The position numbers and the translations under genes are program-made. Of a stretch of DNA of 49,337 nt, positions 1 through 9,992 are shown in pieces. The stretch is from positions 1-49,337 of the forward strand of contig CAIVSE010000042.1 in the NCBI GenBank assembly GCA_903908535.1. The letters run 5' to 3'. Under the pieces are notes generated by a model. It did no database searches. It was not told the DNA's origin and saw only the letters and a program-made list of their open reading frames with translations. The number at the start of each line of letters is the position of its first letter. Position 1 is the first letter of the stretch. The DNA comes from Candidatus Doudnabacteria bacterium. Its GTDB lineage: Bacteria; Patescibacteriota; Doudnabacteria; UBA920.

Positions 1-62
1 AACAGATTGCACTGAAACTACTTCAGATTTCTGTGAAATCTGTGTCATCTGTGTATCAGTGG
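1..62 (+). repeat. Intergenic hairpin repeat, ATCTGTG-type, left arm cut by window edge; ends 9 nt before the rpsL ATG
   Basis: Ends ...ATCTGTGTCATCTGTGTATCAGTGG, the same 3' terminus as the copies at 11731, 16834 and 18137. Confidence 0.6.
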
Positions 63-71
63 AGAATAAAA

Positions 72-485
72 ATGCCCACAATCAACCAGCTGGTCCGGAA
101 GGGACGCAAACCGCTGACGAAAAAGTCCAAGTCGCCGGCTTTGCTCCGCCGCGTCAACCTAATTAAAAACAAGACCCTGTTTATAAAAACCGGGGCGCCG
201 TTTATGCGCGGCGTGTGTTTAAAGGTTTACACCACCACCCCGAAAAAGCCGAATTCGGCTTTGCGCAAGGTGGCTAAGGTTAAACTGACCAACGGTATGG
301 AAGTCATTGCCTATATTCCGGGCATTGGCCACAATTTACAGGAACACAGCGTGGTCATGATCCGCGGCGGCCGCGTTAAGGATTTGCCGGGCGTGCGCTA
401 CCACATTGTCCGCGGGAAGTTAGATACTCTCGGAGTCGACGGGAGAAAAGGCAGCCGTAGCAAGTACGGAGCCAAGAAAAAATAA
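72..485 (+). CDS. rpsL: 30S ribosomal protein S12
   Basis: ATG at 72 gives [13 protein letters not shown]...[10 protein letters not shown]. The track start at 33 reads through the upstream repeat. Confidence 0.95.
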   Translation: MPTINQLVRKGRKPLTKKSKSPALLRRVNLIKNKTLFIKTGAPFMRGVCLKVYTTTPKKPNSALRKVAKVKLTNGMEVIAYIPGIGHNLQEHSVVMIRGGRVKDLPGVRYHIVRGKLDTLGVDGRKGSRSKYGAKKK

Positions 486-491
486 TTTTTT

Positions 492-567
492 CGCGGATAC
501 GCGTATAACGCGGACAGCGCAGAGATGCTAAGGTCGGCGATATCAGCGACATCCGCGTATCACAGTG
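492..567 (+). repeat. Intergenic hairpin repeat, CGCG-variant; ends 10 nt before the rpsG ATG
   Basis: Left arm is CGCGGATACGCGTATAACGCGGAC... and right arm is ...GCGATATCAGCGACATCCGCGTATCACAGTG. The 8-9 nt sub-repeat periodicity matches the CACAGATA family. Confidence 0.6.
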
Positions 568-577
568 AGATAACTTT

Positions 578-1120
578 ATGCCTAGAAAATCACGATCATA
601 CGATAAACACACCCCGTTGCCGGACCCCAAGTACGGCAGTGTAAAGTATGCCAAATTCATCAATTATATAATGGAACGCGGTAAAAAGAACGTGGCCCGC
701 AAGATTTTTTACGATGCCCTGGACATTGTCACCCAAAAAATGTCAGAAGCGCCAGCGGCCACTGTTGTAGATAAAGACGGTAAGCAGGCCCCCGAAAAAA
801 AGTTAGATGGCCGCGCTGTATTTGATATTGCCTTAAAGAATGTCTGCCCCATAATGGAAATTAAGGGCCGCAGGATTGGCGGCAGTAACTACCAGGTGCC
901 CATGGAAGTCCAGGAACCCCGCAAGACCACTTTGGGTATGCGCTGGCTGCTGGCCGCGGCTAACGCCAAAAAGGGCGCGCCTATGAGCCAGAAGCTGGCC
1001 GGCGAAATTATGGATGCTTATAACAAAACCGGCGCCGCTATTAAGAAGCGTGAAGACGTCCACCGCATGGCCGAAGCCAATAAGGCCTTCGCGCATTTTG
1101 GAAGATTCAATCGCCGCTAA
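578..1120 (+). CDS. rpsG: 30S ribosomal protein S7, with an internal insertion
   Basis: MPRKSRSYDKHTPLPDPKYGS... with operon position after rpsL. At 180 aa it is longer than typical S7 (from recall). Confidence 0.92.
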   Translation: MPRKSRSYDKHTPLPDPKYGSVKYAKFINYIMERGKKNVARKIFYDALDIVTQKMSEAPAATVVDKDGKQAPEKKLDGRAVFDIALKNVCPIMEIKGRRIGGSNYQVPMEVQEPRKTTLGMRWLLAAANAKKGAPMSQKLAGEIMDAYNKTGAAIKKREDVHRMAEANKAFAHFGRFNRR

Positions 1121-1156
1121 TTGTTAAATCCTAAATCATAAATTTTAAATCAAATT

Positions 1157-3280
1157 ATGCCCAGAGAATATTCAATTGACCATACCAGGAACATTGGCAT
1201 TATTGCCCACATTGACGCCGGCAAGACTACGGTTACGGAAGGTATTTTATTTAATACCGGCTTAACCCACAAAATTGGCGCGGTGCACGAAGGCGAAACC
1301 ACCACCGACTGGATGGAGCAGGAACGTGAGCGCGGCATTACCATTACCGCGGCGGCCGTGACCTGTTATTGGGAACCAAAATTTATTAAACTGGCCGACG
1401 GTGTTAAGCACAAAATCAACATCATAGATACCCCGGGCCACGTGGACTTTACCGTGGAAGTAGAGCGTTCTTTGCGCGTGCTGGATGGCGCGGTTGTGGT
1501 GTTTGACGGGAAGATGGGCGTGGAGCCGCAAAGTGAAACCGTTTGGCGCCAGGCTGACAAATACCACGTGCCCCGCATGTGCTTTATCAACAAAATTAAC
1601 CAGACCGGCGGCGATTTTTACAAGTCTTTAGACAGCATACATAAAAGACTTTCTCCCAATGCTTTTCCCATTCAACTTCCAATAGGATTTGAAAAAGAAA
1701 TTAACGGCGTGGTGGATTTGATAAACATGAAGGCTTACAGCTACAAAGATTTTACTGACAAAGAATTTACCGTGGGCGAAGTCCCGGCGGACATGCTGGA
1801 AAAAGCCAAAGAGTTCCGCCACAACCTGCTGGAAAAAGTTGTGGAGTTCGACGATGCCTTAATGGAAAAATATTTGGGCGGCCAGGAGTTGACTGAAAAA
1901 GAATTTTTATTGGCCATTCGCAAAGCCGTGCAGGGCGGCCAGTTCTTTCCGGTGCTGGGTGGCGACGGCCGCGGCATTATTGTGCAAACGATACTCGACG
2001 CCGTGACCAATTTTCTGCCTTCGCCTCTTGACCGCGGCAGTGTTAAGGGCACAGACTTAAAAACCAACCAGCCCATTGAACGCAAACCGGAAGACAGTGA
2101 ACCTTTTACCGCTTTAGCTTTTAAAATTGCCACAGATCCGTTCGTGGGCAGATTATGTTTCTTCCGCGTTTACGCCGGACATTTGGAAGCCGGCTCGTAC
2201 GTTTTAAATGCCCGTACCGGCAATAAAGAACGCGTGGGACGCATTGTACGGATGCGCGCCAATGACCGCGATGAAGTTAAAGAGGTTTTTACCGGAGACA
2301 TCTGCGCCCTGGTGGGCCCCAAAGATACCTTTACCGGTGACACTTTGTGCGACGTTGATCACCCAATCCATTTGGAAACCATTAAGTTTGCCGAACCGGT
2401 TATTTCCATGTCCATTGAGCCCAAAACCAAAGCTGACCAGGAAAAAATGGGCATTGCGCTTTCTAAACTCGGTGAAGAAGACCCGACCTTCCGTATTCGC
2501 AGCGATGAAGAAACCCAGCAAACCATTATTTCCGGTATGGGCGAATTGCATTTGGAAATTATCGTTGACCGTATGAAGCGCGAGTTTAAAGTGGAAGCCA
2601 ATGTCGGCAAGCCGGAAGTCGCGTATAAAGAAACTATCAAGGCTACGGCGACGGCTGAAAGCAAATACATCCGCCAGAGCGGCGGTAAGGGGCAGTATGG
2701 CCATGTTTATTTGCGCATTGAACCGCAGGAACGCGGCAAGGGTTATGAATTTTTGGATGAAATTGTCGGCGGTGCTATTCCTAAAGAATATATCAAACCT
2801 ATAGACAAGGGTATTCAGGAAAGTGCGGCCAACGGCGTGATTGCCGGCTATCCTTTGGTGGACTTTAAAATTGCGGTTTACGACGGCTCTTACCACGAAG
2901 TTGACTCTTCGGAAATGGCATTTAAAATTGCCGCGTCCAAGGGACTGCAGGAAGTGGTTAAGCGCGCCCAGCCGATTATCCTTGAACCGATTATGAAGGT
3001 GGAGGTGACCACGCCGGAAGTTAATATGGGCGACGTTATTGGCGACTTAAACAGCAAACGCGCGCAGATTAATGAAATGACCGACCGTTTGCACCTGAAA
3101 ATTATAGATGCCCATGTGCCGCTTAGCGAAATGTTCGGCTATGCCACGACCTTGCGGTCTATGACCCAGGGCCAGGCTTCCTACACTATGGAATTTGACC
3201 ATTATTCCGAAGTGCCCCGCAACGTTGCGGAAAAAATTATAGAGAGCCGCCAGGGCATCAATGTCCGTAAGGGCATGTAA
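1157..3280 (+). CDS. fusA: Elongation factor G
   Basis: G-domain motifs AHIDAGKTT and DTPGHVDF; 707 aa; str operon position. Confidence 0.96.
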   Translation: MPREYSIDHTRNIGIIAHIDAGKTTVTEGILFNTGLTHKIGAVHEGETTTDWMEQERERGITITAAAVTCYWEPKFIKLADGVKHKINIIDTPGHVDFTVEVERSLRVLDGAVVVFDGKMGVEPQSETVWRQADKYHVPRMCFINKINQTGGDFYKSLDSIHKRLSPNAFPIQLPIGFEKEINGVVDLINMKAYSYKDFTDKEFTVGEVPADMLEKAKEFRHNLLEKVVEFDDALMEKYLGGQELTEKEFLLAIRKAVQGGQFFPVLGGDGRGIIVQTILDAVTNFLPSPLDRGSVKGTDLKTNQPIERKPEDSEPFTALAFKIATDPFVGRLCFFRVYAGHLEAGSYVLNARTGNKERVGRIVRMRANDRDEVKEVFTGDICALVGPKDTFTGDTLCDVDHPIHLETIKFAEPVISMSIEPKTKADQEKMGIALSKLGEEDPTFRIRSDEETQQTIISGMGELHLEIIVDRMKREFKVEANVGKPEVAYKETIKATATAESKYIRQSGGKGQYGHVYLRIEPQERGKGYEFLDEIVGGAIPKEYIKPIDKGIQESAANGVIAGYPLVDFKIAVYDGSYHEVDSSEMAFKIAASKGLQEVVKRAQPIILEPIMKVEVTTPEVNMGDVIGDLNSKRAQINEMTDRLHLKIIDAHVPLSEMFGYATTLRSMTQGQASYTMEFDHYSEVPRNVAEKIIESRQGINVRKGM

Positions 3281-3324
3281 ATGAACAATGGGAACCATTG
3301 TGCATCAATAGTTCACATTAAAAC

Positions 3325-3358
3325 ATCCCCGCCGGCCGTAAGGCGAGCGGGGATTTTG
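3325..3358. terminator. Stem-loop between convergent fusA and a small membrane gene
   Basis: ATCCCCGC (3325-3332) pairs with GCGGGGAT (3347-3354), followed by TTTTGG. Confidence 0.6.
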
Positions 3359-3367
3359 GTGAACTTA

Positions 3368-3583
3368 TTACTGGTCATAATCTCGTCGCTCCGAGTCTTC
3401 CGCCTGGGTTTTGACCCTCCTGGTAATAAAGAACCCACAGCCGATGACCCAGGGGATTCCAATGACCCCAAAGATCAGACCGGTTGTCTTGGTGACTTGT
3501 CCGGTCTGCCCGATCTTAAAAGCCAAGACTATCAAGACCAAGCCAACCATGATTAGAAACAGGCCGACGGTTTTTACTTTCAT
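3368..3583 (-). CDS. Small membrane protein (2 predicted TM), hypothetical
   Basis: ATG at 3583 is preceded by GGGAGG. Sequence MKVKTVGLFLIMVGLVLIVLAF... is hydrophobic. Confidence 0.55.
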   Translation of the reverse strand: MKVKTVGLFLIMVGLVLIVLAFKIGQTGQVTKTTGLIFGVIGIPWVIGCGFFITRRVKTQAEDSERRDYDQ

Positions 3584-3640
3584 GCTACCTCCCTTTGAAC
3601 CGTAGAATATCATCAATCTTTCCAGCTTTTTCCAGTCAAG

Positions 3641-5036
3641 AGATGATACTGAACTTAGGGTCGCCAAAATTTGAGTTTTTAAGGATTAATGATGTTTAAA
3701 TGTTTTCCAGATTTGTTTCTTAGCCTCATTCATTAGTTTGGCAAATTTGTTGTCACTGTAAGCGAGGGAAATATCCTCCAGTTCTTTTTCCGTCCGTCCT
3801 GGAGCCAAATATTGCGTCCAATTTTCCAAAGTCTTTAATTTTTCGTAAGGAGTCATATAGGTCTCGTATTTTTTCCTTTGCTTGCCTTTGTCGTCTGTGT
3901 AGACGGTTGGATAAGCGCACTGCCGGTGGAAATTCAGGTAAGGGTTAAAATATGTCTGGTAGAATTTGTTGATGGCCGGAGCGTACTTTTTGGGGATGTG
4001 AATGTAGCCAATCCACTTGCGGACAATCTTGTTTTTAGTTTCGGCCAGAGCGTTGTCATTACAATGGCGACTTCTTGATTTAGTTTGGTTAATAACTAGC
4101 TCATTTAACAATTTAGAAACTCTTTGGTTAATGTATTCGCTGCCGTTGTCGGAATGGAAGTTTTCAATCTTAAATGGGAATTCGGCTAACGCGGCTCTAA
4201 GCGCTGGCAGCAGGAAGTGGTGACTTATGCCCTTAACGCAGACTTCAACCTGCCACTGCAAGACTTCGTCCACCAGGGTAATATGGTATACGCCCTTTTG
4301 TTTGTCCAAATCCCCCTGATGCACGCTATCTACCCGTAAAAAGCCGGGTTTGCCGTAAGGCTGGGGTTTCTTTCGTTCCCCGATGGGGACTATGACAGGA
4401 TCGGTCTTGGTGTAATGCAGGGCTCTTGTTTTGTACCTTTCGGTTACGCGGAGGTTGTAAATATGTCCCAGGGAAATGTTTTGCAGACGGACAAACTTTT
4501 CGTCCCCAAACAAATTAAACATTCTTTTAAATATTTGTTGCAGGGCCTGGCCGGTGGACATATGGTGGAGGTTATCCGTTTCCACCAAAGCTTCAATGTC
4601 GGCTTCGGTGTAGACTTTTTGGAAAGTATTTTTCTTTCCCCAGTCGGAAGATATTTTTAAACAGCCTTTGTCCTTTTTCTTTTTAATCAACCGCTTGGTT
4701 TGGATTTCTGAATAGCCAGTCATTTTGGCCAGGTACTTAATGGCAACTCCTTTCTCCCTCCGCTTAAGTTTAAAATATTTGACCTGGTTAATCTTTTTGG
4801 CCATCCAGTCGTAAATTTCAGTCCTGTCCTGGGCCAACAGGGTAACTTGGTTGGCACCCTTTAAAAAATCCTCCATTTCCATTATGCTGCAAACGGGTGA
4901 GTCGTTCATTGTGATTGTCATAACTCCCAGTGTGGCGACTCATCCTTTTGTTGGCAAGGGGCAGGCTACGGACATCCAGAAAGCTGGATTTCAGTATCTT
5001 TTCCGTTGGAAACAGGGGGCTACTCCAGTATCATCT
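3641..5036 (-). mobile_element. Candidate IS element carrying an rve-type DDE transposase
   Basis: An 11-bp inverted repeat AGATGATACTG (3641-3651) and its reverse complement (5026-5036) bracket the transposase ORF. Exact ends and target duplication were not resolved. Confidence 0.45.
3686..4921 (-). CDS. Integrase-core (rve) DDE transposase
   Basis: FHSDNGSEYIN and NDNALAETKNKIVRK motifs typical of the retroviral-integrase DDE fold; N-terminal HTH-like region; 411 aa. Confidence 0.8.
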   Translation of the reverse strand: MTITMNDSPVCSIMEMEDFLKGANQVTLLAQDRTEIYDWMAKKINQVKYFKLKRREKGVAIKYLAKMTGYSEIQTKRLIKKKKDKGCLKISSDWGKKNTFQKVYTEADIEALVETDNLHHMSTGQALQQIFKRMFNLFGDEKFVRLQNISLGHIYNLRVTERYKTRALHYTKTDPVIVPIGERKKPQPYGKPGFLRVDSVHQGDLDKQKGVYHITLVDEVLQWQVEVCVKGISHHFLLPALRAALAEFPFKIENFHSDNGSEYINQRVSKLLNELVINQTKSRSRHCNDNALAETKNKIVRKWIGYIHIPKKYAPAINKFYQTYFNPYLNFHRQCAYPTVYTDDKGKQRKKYETYMTPYEKLKTLENWTQYLAPGRTEKELEDISLAYSDNKFAKLMNEAKKQIWKTFKHH

Positions 5037-5108
5037 TCCATTGTAAAATACTTCCATTTGTCCATACCCTTTAAAAGGTTTATAATGATATTAATTAATG
5101 GATATTTT

Positions 5109-5426
5109 ATGGCAAATTTACAGGACATTTTTAATTTAGCTAAAGTCGACGGCAGCAAGTTTTTTGTAATGGATGAAAGCGGCGAGCCCAAACTCGTCAT
5201 ATTAAACATAGAAGAATACCAAAAATTATTGTTGGGCAAGATTAAGCGGGAAGCCGAAGACTTGGAAGAAATCAACCAGGAAATTTTGCGTGCCCGCATG
5301 CAGGAAGCGCAGGTGGTGCCAGCGCCTGCCGTTGTAGGCCCAACCGCCAAAGTTGACATGCGCGAAGAAGTTATAGACCCATCGTTTGATTTTGAAGGGC
5401 CTAAGCTTGATATTGAAGATCTTTAA
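5109..5426 (+). CDS. Phd/YefM-like antitoxin-fold protein (orphan), acidic C-terminus
   Basis: ATG at 5109 after TATAAT at 5081-5086. N-terminus is FFVMDESGEPKLVILNIEEYQKLL. The track start at 4851 reads across the IS end. Confidence 0.45.
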   Translation: MANLQDIFNLAKVDGSKFFVMDESGEPKLVILNIEEYQKLLLGKIKREAEDLEEINQEILRARMQEAQVVPAPAVVGPTAKVDMREEVIDPSFDFEGPKLDIEDL

Positions 5427-5444
5427 ACATTAAAACTACATATA

Positions 5445-6149
5445 ATGAAGACAAAAACTTTTCTATCTTTAATTGGCGGATTGGTAATCTTGATTATTTT
5501 AGCCTACGCGGTTTACGCGCTTTTTGGCACCAAACATAATTTGGATAATTCAGATTTACCGGCATCTTCCACGCCGTTAACGGTTGGCGTCCCAACCACC
5601 ACCCCAATTTCCACCGGCACGCCGCTGACTTTAAGCGTTTATAACAACAGCCAGTATAATTATAAAGTTTTATATTCCAGTGATTTTACCCTGTTTACCC
5701 AGCCGCAAATTGTTGCTTATAATTTTGGCGCAATAGATGGCAGCGCCTGCGACCGGGCTGCAGATTCATGTTTTGTCCTGGATAAAACGCCTTACACCAA
5801 TACCAATTTTGATTCCGCCGCGGTTTCGGTAAAATTTTTGCCGGACATCAAAACAGCCGCGGCCTGCGCCGTGTTTGATCCCAACGAAATTGATGGCGGC
5901 GCACCGGGTCCCAGCCAAACTATTAACGGCGTGACCTTTATTACTGCCATTGGCAGCGATGCCGGCGCTGGCAATTTTTACAATACCCATTATAACCGTA
6001 CCTGGTACGACAACATGTGCCTGGAGGTTAACGGAACCATCCACAGTACCGACCCCGGTGTTTACAGCCCGCCGCGGCCGGAGTTTGACCAAAACGCGGT
6101 TTGGCAGCAATTAAATATAGTTATCAATTCCTTTCGGTTTACGAATTAG
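5445..6149 (+). CDS. Membrane-anchored or secreted hypothetical protein
   Basis: N-terminal TM segment LSLIGGLVILIILAYAVYALF followed by a Thr/Pro-rich linker; 234 aa. Confidence 0.5.
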   Translation: MKTKTFLSLIGGLVILIILAYAVYALFGTKHNLDNSDLPASSTPLTVGVPTTTPISTGTPLTLSVYNNSQYNYKVLYSSDFTLFTQPQIVAYNFGAIDGSACDRAADSCFVLDKTPYTNTNFDSAAVSVKFLPDIKTAAACAVFDPNEIDGGAPGPSQTINGVTFITAIGSDAGAGNFYNTHYNRTWYDNMCLEVNGTIHSTDPGVYSPPRPEFDQNAVWQQLNIVINSFRFTN

Positions 6150-6179
6150 GTCTTGTTTTTTGTGTTATAATGTATCCAT

Positions 6180-6473
6180 ATGAGCATGGAAGACGTTAAA
6201 AGAATAATCACCCCAATTTTGAAGCTGTATGGTATTAAACACGCGGCCGTTTTTGGCAGTGTGGCCAGGGGAGAGGCTGGGCCTAATAGCGATGTTGATT
6301 TGGTAGTAAAAACAGGTAAGTTGGAATTCGGTATTTGGAGCTTTGTGGGTCTGAAACAGGATTTGGAAAAGGCTTTAAATAAAAAAGTGGATGTAATTTC
6401 CGAACCGGCGGTAAATGATAAATTGAGAAATAAGATTAAAAACGATTTAATCACCATTTATGAAGGAGCATGA
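6180..6473 (+). CDS. Minimal nucleotidyltransferase (MNT-type antitoxin)
   Basis: GSVARGEAGPNSDVDLVV is a GS...DxD nucleotidyltransferase motif; 97 aa; overlaps the downstream HEPN gene. Confidence 0.85.
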   Translation: MSMEDVKRIITPILKLYGIKHAAVFGSVARGEAGPNSDVDLVVKTGKLEFGIWSFVGLKQDLEKALNKKVDVISEPAVNDKLRNKIKNDLITIYEGA

Positions 6474-6795
6474 CGTAACATTGGATTTATTGCTTCAGGC
6501 CACAGGAAAAGTCTCCGATTATTTAAAAGAGTTTGGTTTACCGGAATTTTTAACCGATTCTAAAACCCAAAGCGCTGTCATAATGCAATTGGTTGTTATT
6601 GGGGAACTGTCCAAGAAACTTCCTGAAGAATTAAAGTTGCAAATAGATCTTCCGTGGAAACTTATGTCCGGTTTCCGCGATTTTGCCGTCCATGAATATT
6701 TTGGTTTGGACTTAACCCAGGTCTGGGATACAGCCAGCCGCGATGTGCCGATAGTGAAAGAAAAATTGGAAGATTATCTGAAATCAAATAAATAA
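6460..6795 (+). CDS. HEPN/DUF86 (HepT-like) toxin
   Basis: FRDFAVHEY fits the Rx4HxY HEPN motif; 111 aa; 14-nt overlap with the MNT gene. Confidence 0.8.
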   Translation: MKEHDVTLDLLLQATGKVSDYLKEFGLPEFLTDSKTQSAVIMQLVVIGELSKKLPEELKLQIDLPWKLMSGFRDFAVHEYFGLDLTQVWDTASRDVPIVKEKLEDYLKSNK

Positions 6796-6822
6796 ATGGT
6801 AAATATATAATTAATAAATTTT

Positions 6823-7395
6823 ATGGACAAAATTTTTGCCTTGGGCAAAGACGGAAATAGAACAAGCGGTAAAAAAATAATTCTAGGATTACTTTTTTTG
6901 ATCGCCGGATTATTTTTGATTTTTACCGGCCAAAAGGCTTATGCCAATTACTCAATCCTCTTTATTATAATTGGCCTTATTACCTTAATAGTTTCCTGGT
7001 TAATCCCGGTTGTTCAAAATAAAGTAATGAAGTTGTCGATAACAGGAACAGATTTGTTTATTCAAAATTCGCCAAGCAATTTGGTAAAAGTCTCAGTATT
7101 GCAAATACAGGCAATTGCTTTAAGGTATATTGTTGGGAATATGGGAACGGTCCCGTTGGGGCGCGTTCATATACCAGAACTTTTTGTTAAACAGTGGGGG
7201 TATTTAATTAAAGCTAATGACGGTCAAATTTATGAAATTGGCGCAAATGTAGTAGATTATCCAAGCTTTTTACAAACCCTTAAAGCAATCAATCCGGCAA
7301 TTATTGAAGACCAAGGAATGGCTAATATGTCTAAAGATAAAGCTAACCAAAAATTGCAGGAGCTTAGCAAGCCTTTAAAAGACCAAAATGTATAG
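6823..7395 (+). CDS. Membrane protein, hypothetical
   Basis: Two N-terminal hydrophobic helices; 190 aa; no recognised motif. Confidence 0.5.
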   Translation: MDKIFALGKDGNRTSGKKIILGLLFLIAGLFLIFTGQKAYANYSILFIIIGLITLIVSWLIPVVQNKVMKLSITGTDLFIQNSPSNLVKVSVLQIQAIALRYIVGNMGTVPLGRVHIPELFVKQWGYLIKANDGQIYEIGANVVDYPSFLQTLKAINPAIIEDQGMANMSKDKANQKLQELSKPLKDQNV

Positions 7396-7422
7396 AAGAT
7401 AGGGGTCTTATATTTTTACTGT

Positions 7423-7451
7423 TTGACAATTATCCTAAATATCCCTAAAAT
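7423..7451 (+). promoter_or_regulatory. Sigma70-like promoter upstream of tuf
   Basis: TTGACA (7423-7428), 17-nt spacer, TAAAAT (7446-7451). Confidence 0.55.
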
Positions 7452-7613
7452 ATATCTTAGCTAACAAGCTAACTAATTAACTAATTGCCCTGGATTCCGC
7501 AAGGAAAAAAGAGATACCCTCGGCACTGATGCCTTATCGATAAGCATTAGTGATGAGGGGGTCTCGGGCAAGCAATCGTCCCGATTGTATCGGGACGGGA
7601 AAGACCTAAACAA
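7452..7613 (+). promoter_or_regulatory. Structured about 160-nt tuf leader
   Basis: Nested helices: GAGATACCCTC with GAGGGGGTCTC enclosing CACTGATGCCTTATCG with CGATAAGCATTAGTG, then hairpin GTCCCGAT-TGT-ATCGGGAC at 7578-7596. Confidence 0.45.
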
Positions 7614-8810
<1,197 letters not shown>

Positions 8811-8830
8811 AATCTTTTAGAGATACAAGA

Positions 8831-8859
8831 AATCCTGGGTTAACGCCTGGGATTTTTTG
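8831..8859 (+). terminator. Rho-independent terminator after tuf
   Basis: AATCCTGGG / CCTGGGATT stem (two G-U pairs), followed by TTTTTT. Confidence 0.6.
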
Positions 8860-8900
8860 TATTTAAATGATATAATACGTTCAGAATTTACAAAATTTTT

Positions 8901-9818
8901 ATGAGTAAAAAAATTGAGATGAGAGAACAAAACATATCCCAAATTACAATAGGCGGCAAAGTATATGAGCATGTAAAAACAAGGGAGTATACACCCGTGT
9001 CAATTTATCAAGGTAACGGGGAATTTTTACGCATTGGCCCAAAAGATCTTATAGCTCCTGAACTGAACTTACACAAAAAATTATTAGGTTACGGTTTTCC
9101 AGTTCCGGCCATTTTATCCGAGGGCGAACAGGATGAAAAATTTTATTATACCGAGCAGTCTTTTGGGGATGACCTGTTGGGCGATGTTTTTTGGAAAGAC
9201 TGCATAAAGGAAAACAGAATTTCAGACGAACATTTTTCCAGTTTATTAAACCTTTCGGAACAATTTGCACAAGCCCAGCTTAAGACCGCCTCAACGGACA
9301 GGGACGATGAAAGTTTTTATTTAGGCATACACATGGATTATGTTTTAGAAGAACTTCCGGAAATTAAAGCTGACATTCTGGCAGCGTTTGAAAAAATCAA
9401 GGTGCGAACAGCCGGTCTCCCTACGGTTTTAACCCATGGTGATTTTAACGCCTACAATCTTTTTGAGGGCGGCGTTATTGATTTTGGCAGTATTCACAAT
9501 TCGCCAGCCGGTTATGATATGGTTAACAATATTTACCATACTTACAATTTCCCAAAAACTGGCGACTATGAAAGCAAACGGAGATATGAATTTACCCAGG
9601 AGCAGATAAAGCAATACTTTGCCTCAATGGATAAAATTTATCTTCAAGCAGGTTTGCCAAAGTTATCAGATTTTACAGAAGATTTTATTTTAGGTAAAAC
9701 AATTTGGTCAGTTACCAGAATGCAGCGATACCCAAAGGTACAAAAATGGCGATATGACAGATTTAAACAAATGTTGGCTGAATATTTGGCAGGAAAATCT
9801 ATAATGCAAATTTTATGA
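8901..9818 (+). CDS. Phosphotransferase (APH/choline-kinase-like) family protein
   Basis: LTHGDFNAYNLF...VIDFGS resembles the HGDxxxxN catalytic loop plus the DFG-like motif. Confidence 0.6.
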   Translation: MSKKIEMREQNISQITIGGKVYEHVKTREYTPVSIYQGNGEFLRIGPKDLIAPELNLHKKLLGYGFPVPAILSEGEQDEKFYYTEQSFGDDLLGDVFWKDCIKENRISDEHFSSLLNLSEQFAQAQLKTASTDRDDESFYLGIHMDYVLEELPEIKADILAAFEKIKVRTAGLPTVLTHGDFNAYNLFEGGVIDFGSIHNSPAGYDMVNNIYHTYNFPKTGDYESKRRYEFTQEQIKQYFASMDKIYLQAGLPKLSDFTEDFILGKTIWSVTRMQRYPKVQKWRYDRFKQMLAEYLAGKSIMQIL

Positions 9819-9863
9819 TTAAAGAGCTTTTGAAGTAAAAAAGATATCCACTTATCAACAGAG

Positions 9864-9892
9864 ACTCCCTTAAATGGGAGTTTTTGTTTTTT
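9864..9892 (+). terminator. Rho-independent terminator
   Basis: ACTCCC-TTAAAT-GGGAGT followed by TTTTTGTTTTTT. Confidence 0.65.
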
Positions 9893-9940
9893 GGTGGATA
9901 AGTTTTTTATAACCCGGGATTTGCCAATAAAATTAAAATT

Positions 9941-9968
9941 TTGACAGAATATTTTTTGGATATATAAT
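9941..9968 (+). promoter_or_regulatory. Sigma70-like promoter
   Basis: TTGACA, 16-nt spacer, TATAAT. Confidence 0.55.
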
Positions 9969-9992
9969 CAAATAACAAGACCCAAAAAATAT

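Noticed and set aside
33-71. N-terminal extensions of rpsL (33), rplD (11815), rplE (16913) and ORF 16785-17048 that read through the hairpin repeats
   Set aside because: Canonical N-termini begin at the internal ATGs (72, 11827, 16928). The extensions translate repeat sequence (..SVSSVYQW..) that recurs in different frames and contexts.
3281-3556. 91-aa plus-strand ORF after fusA
   Set aside because: It runs through the fusA terminator hairpin and is antisense to a hydrophobic ORF that has a GGGAGG SD. It has no start context.
4851-5108. Long N-terminal extension of the Phd-like ORF
   Set aside because: It overlaps the transposase start and the IS end. A TATAAT box at 5081-5086 and the antitoxin-like N-terminus support the ATG at 5109.
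7452-7613. Possible tRNA gene(s) upstream of tuf
   Set aside because: I found no T-loop (GTTCRANYC-like) or cloverleaf arrangement. The region folds as nested long hairpins instead.
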